The notes below the pieces were generated by a model. The model searched no databases. It was not told the origin of the DNA and was given only the letters and a program-made list of their open reading frames with translations. A program made the translations under genes and the position numbers. From Spirochaetia bacterium (lineage in GTDB: Bacteria > Spirochaetota > Spirochaetia > DSM-2461), in the NCBI GenBank assembly GCA_963666985.2, contig CAXXIA010000001.1:416001-480000 (forward strand): a stretch of DNA of 64,000 nucleotides. The letters run 5' to 3'. Below are positions 56,868 to 64,000 of the stretch, one piece after another. How positions within the stretch are numbered: the stretch's first letter is position 1; every line of letters starts with the position of its first letter.

Positions 56868-58432
56868 TGCCCCGAAGTCCGCGGTCCCCGAACGCGCAAG
56901 AATCGATAATGGGAGCTTCCCGGCTGTGCCTCTGCCTGACGGCGCCGACATGTGAGGGTGTTCTTAAACAGATTGAACGCTACGGAGCCTTTATCGATAT
57001 GGCGGAGCTGCGGGCCGATCTTCTGGAGCCCGGCGAAAGGCGGAAAATCGGAGAACTACCTTCCCTCGTCGGTATGAACATTCCTCTTATTCTCACCGCG
57101 CGCCTGAGGGAAGACGGCGGCCGTTGGGGACTCTCCGGCGAGAGAATCGAAGATCGGGAAACCTTCTTCCTTCAGCAACTGGAGTCCGGCGGCTGGGCTT
57201 ATGCGGACCTTGAATATAACCGGCCCATGCCGCATGTCGTCTCGGCGGCGGCTTCGGCCGGATGCCGCATTATCCGGTCACATCATGATTTCTCGGGCAA
57301 TCTCCTCTCGGCGTCTCCCGAAGAGCTTGCCTCGATGATTCGGAACATGGCCGCGGAGGGCGGAATCCCCAAATTGGCCGTATCATGCAAAAGCGGCCGG
57401 GACGTGTTGACTTTGGCGCAAGCCGCGAAGGCCGCCGGGGATGTTTCCGAGAAGGTTCTCCTCGGCATGGGGGAATACGGCGCTCCCACCCGCATCTTGG
57501 CGCAGAGGCTGGGATCGGCCTGGACATACGCTTCATCGGCAGGTCTTCCGGACGATCCCCCGGCGGCCGCGCCCGGACAGATTGATCCGGAAACCCTGCG
57601 GAATCTTTATGGCTTTCATGAAATAGAAGCCCAAACACCTTTATACGGGATTGCCGGAAATCCCGTGTCCCACAGCCTCTCCCCGCAAATCCACAACGGA
57701 TGGCTCCGGAAGGCCGGATTGCCGGGAACCTACCTGCCGTTTCTCACCGACGATTTAAAAGTTCTTCTGGAACTGTGTGATTTATGGGGAGTCACGGGAT
57801 TGTCCGTTACCGTTCCTCATAAGAAAGAGGCCCTTGCCCTCGCGGATCGCGCCGAATCCTTGGCGAAAACCATCGGCGCCGCGAATACGCTTGTCCATTC
57901 AACAGGCGGATGGACCGCATGGAATACCGATGTGGACGGCTTCCTCGCGCCGCTCTTTTCGGCTTTGAACGGAGAGGAAGGCAAAGAAGGGGAAGGGGAA
58001 AAACTGGAAGGGCTTCGCGCCCTTGTCATCGGAGCCGGGGGCGCGGCTCGGGCGGCGGTCCATGCGTTATCGAATGCCGGTGCCGATGTCCTTGTTTTGA
58101 ACAGAACCGTATCTAAAGCGCAAATTCTGGCGGAGGAAGTCGGCGGAACGGCCGGACCGCTTTCGGCCGAGTCTCTTCCGCTTCTGAACGGTACGGACAT
58201 CGTTGTTCAGACCACCACCGTGGGAATGCATCCGAATGAGTCCGGCGATCCTGTACCATGGTGGAACCTCTCCGGCTGCTCACTGGTTTACGACATGATC
58301 TATGCGCCTGAGGAAACGGTTTTTCTGCGCCGGGCACGAAATGCTGGCATCCCGACATTAAACGGATCGGGAATGCTGGAGGCGCAGGCTCGTGCGCAGT
58401 TCGGACTGTTTACGGGGACGAAGGCTCCCTGA
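56867..58432 (+). CDS. Fused type I 3-dehydroquinate dehydratase / shikimate dehydrogenase (AroD-AroE)
   Basis: ELRAD, SHHDF, GMG, AAPGQ, then HSLSP, SVTVPHK, NTD and GAGGAA. Confidence 0.92.
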   Translation: MPRSPRSPNAQESIMGASRLCLCLTAPTCEGVLKQIERYGAFIDMAELRADLLEPGERRKIGELPSLVGMNIPLILTARLREDGGRWGLSGERIEDRETFFLQQLESGGWAYADLEYNRPMPHVVSAAASAGCRIIRSHHDFSGNLLSASPEELASMIRNMAAEGGIPKLAVSCKSGRDVLTLAQAAKAAGDVSEKVLLGMGEYGAPTRILAQRLGSAWTYASSAGLPDDPPAAAPGQIDPETLRNLYGFHEIEAQTPLYGIAGNPVSHSLSPQIHNGWLRKAGLPGTYLPFLTDDLKVLLELCDLWGVTGLSVTVPHKKEALALADRAESLAKTIGAANTLVHSTGGWTAWNTDVDGFLAPLFSALNGEEGKEGEGEKLEGLRALVIGAGGAARAAVHALSNAGADVLVLNRTVSKAQILAEEVGGTAGPLSAESLPLLNGTDIVVQTTTVGMHPNESGDPVPWWNLSGCSLVYDMIYAPEETVFLRRARNAGIPTLNGSGMLEAQARAQFGLFTGTKAP

Positions 58433-58489
58433 TCAAGCGGCGTGCTTTCCGTTTTTGCCTTATGAATACTCTTTTCCGGGAATTTTCGT

Positions 58490-58609
58490 TTACACCGAAG
58501 ATGCCAAAAGGGAGATGAGAACGATGGAAAACGTCAATGTTCCGACGGCAAGGACGGAGAGGACCACGATGAGAGTTGTTTCGATACCGCTGAAATGACG
58601 CTTTTTCAT
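58490..58609 (-). CDS. Putative 39-aa single-TM peptide
   Basis: MKKRHFSGIETTLIVVLSVLAVGTLTFSIVLISLLASSV. It is below the ORF-track cut-off and has no clear SD. Confidence 0.45.
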   Translation of the reverse strand: MKKRHFSGIETTLIVVLSVLAVGTLTFSIVLISLLASSV

Positions 58610-58665
58610 GGACGCAGTATAGCGGTTTGCATCTTATGCGGGAAACCCCGGCCCGGCATTTTTCG

Positions 58666-58827
58666 CAGGCTGTTGAAAAAGGACCTTATGGCCCGTATAC
58701 GGCGTTGAATCAATGCTCGAAATGCTCACGTACAGCCAGTACGCTGCGCTTTCTGTGCTTGATTCGGCAGCGAGCTGCGAGTCTCGCTCGCTATCTTCGA
58801 ACCAAATCTTACTTTTTCAACAGCCTG
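58666..58827. mobile_element. MITE with 16-bp terminal inverted repeats
   Basis: CAGGCTGTTGAAAAAG...CTTTTTCAACAGCCTG, 162 bp, with an internal palindrome and no transposase. Confidence 0.85.
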
Positions 58828-58921
58828 TTAGATAGCCTCGTTGTGTTCACTTGAGCTTTCGCCGATTGTCTTTATGAATCTTCCGGAGCGGGGAGTCTCT
58901 TCTTAGCAGCCTGCCTGCCGG

Positions 58922-60901
58922 CTAAAACAATGTGGTCTTGATTCGTTTCAGAAAGCCAATTTTACGAATTTTGAATCGGACTTCCTGTTCGTCCGAAACC
59001 GATAATCCGGAAAGAATATGATCGTCCCCTTCTTTTTCCAGTTTTTTGGGGATGATCAGGTCGGTTTGCACGCTGTTTCCTACGGCATGGGTTACTTCCA
59101 GCCTGTCGTTTCTGCCCGATATGGCCGCTTCGGCCAAACGGATTTTCCCTCTGTAATCCAGCCCTTTCGCGCTCATCACTTCATAACGCCAAGCTTCGGG
59201 ACGGATTTGTTCGGGAACCAGGAGAAGTCGGCGGAGAAGCCTTTCTTCAAAAATTTCTTTTTCTTCCGGCGAAAGACCGGCTTTTTCGGCTTTCAGCCTG
59301 AGTTCCTCGAGAATCTCATCGATATCGATTGTTTTCGGATCTTTCCAGGAATATCCCGCCAAAGCGGGCGTTGAAAACAGTGAGCTTGACGGAAGAGCCG
59401 CCGCGGTATCGGCCTCCCTGTTTCCCCTTACCGGAAGGATGCTCCCCGACGGAGTTTTAAGCGGCGGAATACGCTCCACTCCAACCGATGCGAGCGCCGA
59501 ACGCCATTCTCCTTCAAACGCTGGATCGAGAATCCAGAGACCCGGAGCGGGTATGGAAAGGCTGTAAGGTTCCAGAATACCGGTTTCCGTGACAATTTGT
59601 TCCATAATACCTTCGGCTCTGAAAACCGCGGCGAGAATCAGGCCCGTCGAACTGTGTTCCTTAATCCATTCTTCCGAAAGGGTACGGATATTTTCCGGAA
59701 CGGAACGTCCCGTATGCGTTTCGATTTCCGAAAAAAGTCTTTTGGAATCGATTCCCCGGTCCAGGCCGTCGAGGAAACGGTTTTTGGTTATCCTGAATGT
59801 GGCGACAACATCGGAATTCACGGGTTCGGCTGCCAGCGCAAGGTTACAGGAAAGGGGCATGCCGGGATTAAGGGTGAGATCCCCTACGGGCGTTATCGTC
59901 ATTTTCGGTCTGTCCGTGCTTTCGTTCCGAACATAAGGTCTTGCGAGCCGGCCCCGCTCGTCGGAAACCAATTCTCCCAGAAGTTCCAGATGAGCGATAA
60001 CCTTTTGGGCTCCCTGCGGGGAACAGGAGGATTCCGACCCTACGGCAAGGCGGAAAAGATTCGCCAGCTTTTTCGGTTCGAAAAAGCGGTCTTTCGGAAG
60101 GAATTCGGTAACCATCCTCACGCCGGCGGCGGCTGCCGAAACGGGAATGGAGCGCCCGCAAGCCGCGCGGGCTTTAAGAAAGGTCAGCCGATCATCCGGG
60201 GAACGGCTCTCCATTTCCCTCCAGGCATCCAGGCGGGGGATGAGAATCTCCTCGCTGCGATCCGCCATCCCTGCGGCAAGAAAACCCCGTCCCGCCAAAA
60301 GAAGGCGGTCTTCGCCGCGATCGTCCCGGAAAAGCGATGGGAATCTCGTCATCAGCGTTTCAAGGGATTTCTTGCGCCAGCCTCCTTCTTTTCGAAACAG
60401 GGGGATTCGTTCGCTTAAGAACGCCAGGGCTGAAGTGAGAAAATTATCGTTGAACCACAGTTTTGCTTCCGGAACCGTCCCCTCCGCGCCCGCTCCGGCG
60501 ATTGTGCCGGGACCGATAAGGCCCGCATGAAGCACCTCCCTGCCCAAAGGCGTGAGGGCGTATTCCTTTCCGGGTGTTTTTTTGAAGATTAAGAGCCGCT
60601 CTTCCAGATTGAGCAGTTTTTCCAGTATCGCCGAGGGCCTCAAATGCAAGGAGAAATCCCGAAGTGTCTCCTCGGAAGAAGCGCCGTGGAATGCAACGAT
60701 TGTCAGTATTCGGGAATCTTCCGGATCGATGAATGAAAGAACCCTTTCGCGAACCGAATCCTGTGAGAAAAATTCGGCCGTTCGGCCGACCAGATCGGGC
60801 TTATGAAAAGGGGTGCGGACGGGGCCGAGATAGTTTCGGACCACTTCGAAAAAGGCCGCATCCGGGAGTGAGACAAATACATCCTTCCAGGAGGATTCCA
60901 T
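58922..60901 (-). CDS. XPB-associated protein (Helicase_C_3-like domain)
   Basis: Coupled to XPB. It has YLGPVRTPFHKP at the N-terminus and FRITK....GLD.G......VPENI. Confidence 0.75.
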   Translation of the reverse strand: MESSWKDVFVSLPDAAFFEVVRNYLGPVRTPFHKPDLVGRTAEFFSQDSVRERVLSFIDPEDSRILTIVAFHGASSEETLRDFSLHLRPSAILEKLLNLEERLLIFKKTPGKEYALTPLGREVLHAGLIGPGTIAGAGAEGTVPEAKLWFNDNFLTSALAFLSERIPLFRKEGGWRKKSLETLMTRFPSLFRDDRGEDRLLLAGRGFLAAGMADRSEEILIPRLDAWREMESRSPDDRLTFLKARAACGRSIPVSAAAAGVRMVTEFLPKDRFFEPKKLANLFRLAVGSESSCSPQGAQKVIAHLELLGELVSDERGRLARPYVRNESTDRPKMTITPVGDLTLNPGMPLSCNLALAAEPVNSDVVATFRITKNRFLDGLDRGIDSKRLFSEIETHTGRSVPENIRTLSEEWIKEHSSTGLILAAVFRAEGIMEQIVTETGILEPYSLSIPAPGLWILDPAFEGEWRSALASVGVERIPPLKTPSGSILPVRGNREADTAAALPSSSLFSTPALAGYSWKDPKTIDIDEILEELRLKAEKAGLSPEEKEIFEERLLRRLLLVPEQIRPEAWRYEVMSAKGLDYRGKIRLAEAAISGRNDRLEVTHAVGNSVQTDLIIPKKLEKEGDDHILSGLSVSDEQEVRFKIRKIGFLKRIKTTLF

Positions 60902-62805
60902 TATGAATCCTCCCAGATATCGATGGTGTATCTATATCCCTGCTCGGTCAGAAATCTCTGGCGGTTGATGGCGAAGTCTTCTTCCACGGTTCCGCGCGAA
61001 ACAAGAGAATAGAACCAGGAATCGCGTTCTTTGGGACGGAGAATGCGTCCGAGTCTTTGGGCTTCTTCCTGTCTGGAACCGTAGGAACCCGAGAGCTGTA
61101 TCGCCACCGAGGCATCGGGAAGATCGATGGCGAAATTCGCCACTTTGGAAACGACGATAACGCGTTCTTCGCCCTTTCGAAAGGCTTCGTAAATCGTTTC
61201 TCTTTCCGGATTGGGCGTTTTCCCGGTAATGATGGGCACGCCCAGACGTGCTGCAATGGCTTCCAGCTGCGTGATGTATTGTCCGATAACCAGAATCTGA
61301 TCTTCATGTCTGTTTTTTACAAGCTGGAGAGCGATGTCGATTTTTCTGGGATTTTCCGCCGCCAAGCGGATTTTCCGCCGTTTATCCGCCATGGCATAGG
61401 GAATCCTGATTTCCGGCGGAAGTCCGATTCGGATTTCCCGGCATCGCGCTTCGGCAATCCATCCGGAGGATTCGAGTTCCTTCCAGGGAATGTCGTATCG
61501 TTTGGGACCGACCAGAGAAAACACATCCTTTTCCGCGCCGTCTTCCCGAATTAATGTCGCGGTCAGCCCCAGCCTCCGAACGGATTGAATCTCGGCCGTT
61601 ACACGGAACACCGGTGCGGGAAGCAGATGAACTTCGTCGTAAATAATCAGTCCCCAGGAATGCTTGCGGAATAAATCGAAATGCGGATAGGGACCGTCCT
61701 TTCCCTTTCTCCAGGTGATGATTTGATAAGTGGCCACGGTAACCGGACCGACACTTTTCCTGTCGCCCGTGTATTCGGCGATATCATCCGGGGCAAGATC
61801 GGTTTTATCCAGAAGTTCGTTGCGCCATTGGTGCACCGCGGCGACGTTGGTTGTGAGAATCAGCGTTCGGGTGCCCATGGCGGCCATGACGGCGATACCC
61901 ACCACGGTTTTTCCCGAACCGCAGGGCATCACCACGGTTCCGAAGCCCGTTCCGGGTTCTCCCGTGCCCAAAAAAGATTTCACCGCGTCCTCTTGGTAAT
62001 CGCGTATTGTCAGATCTTTTAATTTGACGCTCATCGGATCACCGGATTTCAGCGGAGCCAGATCTTCCACCGGAAAACCGATTTTAATCAGTTCCGCTTT
62101 AACGGTTCCCCTGTCGACCAAGCGCACAAGGAATCCGCCGGCGGACGGAATGAGCCATTTCGCCAGGGCTTTACGGGCCGACAGTTCCTCCCGTATCGCC
62201 GCATCGTCGGTTTCCAGTTTCAGCCACAGGCTTGAATCGCCCCCGGCATTCGCCGAAGCGGTTTCCGATGAAGATGAAACCGATGCCGAAGAGTCTGTGC
62301 CCGCCGCATCTTTTAACTTTTCATCGGTTTCGCCGGATTCCTCCGATGAGCCTGTTTTCCTTTCCGAATCCCCGTCGGCCCCTTCGGGTTCGGCCGATTG
62401 CGCGGTTTCCGGCGGCGATGAGAATCCGCCTGCGGCTCCGACCGCGGTGCCGCCTGCGGCATCGGCCGCGGCCAAGTCGGCCGCGTTATCGAAATCCACC
62501 GGCACCAGCCGCAATTTTCCCCACCGATTCATGGTCTCTTCGATTTGAACCGAAATATTTTCGGGAACAGGGTATCGGCTCCGGCGGGAAAGAGACTTTT
62601 GAACCTTGGAAGGACTCCATCCGGCTCCGGCGGCATTCCAGAGAGACAAAGGAGTAATCCGGTATGTATGCACGTGCTCGGGTGATTTCTCAAGTTCGGC
62701 GTAAGCGCCGATCTCACCGCGGCAATCTTCAAAAGACGGATCGTGGACATCGAGGAGAAGGGAGCCGTCTCCCTGGACAATAAGCGGCCGGCCGTCGTTA
62801 TTCAT
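60901..62805 (-). CDS. Bacterial XPB/Rad25-like DNA helicase
   Basis: PLIVQGD, ELEKSPEHVHTY, PCGSGKT, DEVH, TAT and QRLGRILRPK. The start is set at MNNDG. Confidence 0.93.
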   Translation of the reverse strand: MNNDGRPLIVQGDGSLLLDVHDPSFEDCRGEIGAYAELEKSPEHVHTYRITPLSLWNAAGAGWSPSKVQKSLSRRSRYPVPENISVQIEETMNRWGKLRLVPVDFDNAADLAAADAAGGTAVGAAGGFSSPPETAQSAEPEGADGDSERKTGSSEESGETDEKLKDAAGTDSSASVSSSSETASANAGGDSSLWLKLETDDAAIREELSARKALAKWLIPSAGGFLVRLVDRGTVKAELIKIGFPVEDLAPLKSGDPMSVKLKDLTIRDYQEDAVKSFLGTGEPGTGFGTVVMPCGSGKTVVGIAVMAAMGTRTLILTTNVAAVHQWRNELLDKTDLAPDDIAEYTGDRKSVGPVTVATYQIITWRKGKDGPYPHFDLFRKHSWGLIIYDEVHLLPAPVFRVTAEIQSVRRLGLTATLIREDGAEKDVFSLVGPKRYDIPWKELESSGWIAEARCREIRIGLPPEIRIPYAMADKRRKIRLAAENPRKIDIALQLVKNRHEDQILVIGQYITQLEAIAARLGVPIITGKTPNPERETIYEAFRKGEERVIVVSKVANFAIDLPDASVAIQLSGSYGSRQEEAQRLGRILRPKERDSWFYSLVSRGTVEEDFAINRQRFLTEQGYRYTIDIWEDS

Positions 62806-62964
62806 GGACCAGATAGTGTATCGAAAAGCGCCGTTCATCGGCAATGGGTATGAAGAGTTTTGCATTTGTTGAAAAAGTCTAAAGCCGTTAATGGTTATGG
62901 AATCGGAACAATGACTGTTAATCGTGTTTCTCATACGATAGGATTGATCAGGGAGGCAATGGTA

Positions 62965-64000
62965 ATGACGATACGTCTGCGTCTTGCGGCTCTTGCGGCG
63001 GTAACGAATATACTCCTTCTTTTTTCTCTTTACGCTTTCAACCATCAGAATTCAAACATGGAAAAAATTGGGAAGGAATTGAACATCCTCCGGGAGGCCG
63101 AAGGGGATTCTCCGCCGTCCCAAGTTCTTCCGGACGATTCCTCCGAATCGGAAAATTCGGCTCCCGGCGGGAATATTCGGCGCATGGAATCCGAATTGAA
63201 AAGGATGAAGAACAATCAGTCTCTCATCATGAATTCGGTTATTGGGTTTGTCGTCCTTATCTCGGTTGTTTTTAACTTTCTGATTATCCGGTTCATCATG
63301 AAAAAATCGGATCGTTTGCATAAGGATGTCGACGCTCTGAGCGGGGGCGATTTGACGGTCGGAGTCGATTCAAACGGGAAGGATGAATTCGGCGGCCTTG
63401 GCAAACAGATGACTCAATTCATCGAAGGCTTAAATACGGCCTTTCTGGCCCTAAAAGAGGGATTGCGTTTACAGTCGGCATCTCGAAACGATCTTGCCGC
63501 GGCCATAGCGGAATCCGCCGTATCGATAAATCAAGGGGAAAAGGACATCGATTCCATCTTTGATTTGACTCTTTCTCTGGATCAAAGCGTTCGGGATTCG
63601 GCGGATTCCATCGATACCATCGTCGGCCGTATCGAGAATTTCACGGAAATGATTCAGTCTCAAGTCGCCATGGTGGAAGAGTCGACGGCGGCGATGACGC
63701 AAATCAGCGCGTCTCTTTCCAATATGTCGAAGGTGGTGGCCGACAACAGAGATGCCGCCGGAAAACTTGAAGCGGCTTCCCGGTCGGGCAGCGAGAAAGT
63801 GGAGGAAACCGGAGGAATCATTAAAAAAGTCAGCGGCCATGTGAACGCCATTCAGGAGATGTCCGACGTTATCAAGGGAGTCGCCGATCAAACCAACCTT
63901 TTGGCGATGAATGCCGCCATTGAAGCGGCGCATGCCGGAGATGCCGGCCGCGGATTCGGTGTTGTGGCCGATGAGATTCGCAAACTCGCCGAAACCACTG
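62965..64000 (+). CDS. Methyl-accepting chemotaxis protein, 3'-truncated by window edge
   Basis: Not in the track because it has no stop. GGGAGG SD, two TM segments, HAMP (GDLT...DEFGGL) and [35 protein letters not shown]. Confidence 0.95.
   Translation, partial: MTIRLRLAALAAVTNILLLFSLYAFNHQNSNMEKIGKELNILREAEGDSPPSQVLPDDSSESENSAPGGNIRRMESELKRMKNNQSLIMNSVIGFVVLISVVFNFLIIRFIMKKSDRLHKDVDALSGGDLTVGVDSNGKDEFGGLGKQMTQFIEGLNTAFLALKEGLRLQSASRNDLAAAIAESAVSINQGEKDIDSIFDLTLSLDQSVRDSADSIDTIVGRIENFTEMIQSQVAMVEESTAAMTQISASLSNMSKVVADNRDAAGKLEAASRSGSEKVEETGGIIKKVSGHVNAIQEMSDVIKGVADQTNLLAMNAAIEAAHAGDAGRGFGVVADEIRKLAETT

Noticed and set aside
62806..63045. N-terminal extension of XPB in the ORF track
   Set aside because: It overlaps the divergent MCP start and promoter region. 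XPB similarity begins at MNNDGRPLIVQ.

Overview
This 64 kb window is mostly housekeeping DNA of moderately high GC content. Gene content and protein style suggest a free-living, anaerobic Spirochaetaceae-like bacterium, which is an inference from recognition and not a database result. It encodes galM (partial), tRNA-Gly(CCC), an ECF sigma factor, an acyl-CoA ligase, cysQ, a parvulin, dapL, metF, an FHA-GGDEF protein, folC, hisD, an nrdR-nrdD-nrdG operon, folE, an Mla/MCE ABC system, fumC, acnA, pgmB, an mtaD-ahcY-pncB-pncA cluster, PFOR, an aroD-aroE fusion, an XPB helicase with its partner, and a partial MCP. Three things stand out. (1) A 1.37-kb array directly downstream of tRNA-Gly has nine units of two classes (80 bp and 187-191 bp). 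Each unit ends in a copy of the tRNA 3' end and shows compensatory base changes. (2) The class III ribonucleotide reductase is naturally split: its glycyl-radical domain is a separate, translationally coupled protein fused to a CPNC redoxin domain. (3) The mtaD-ahcY pair looks strongly Methanosarcinales-like. No CRISPR array, integrase or transposase was seen. All product calls come from motif recognition by eye.
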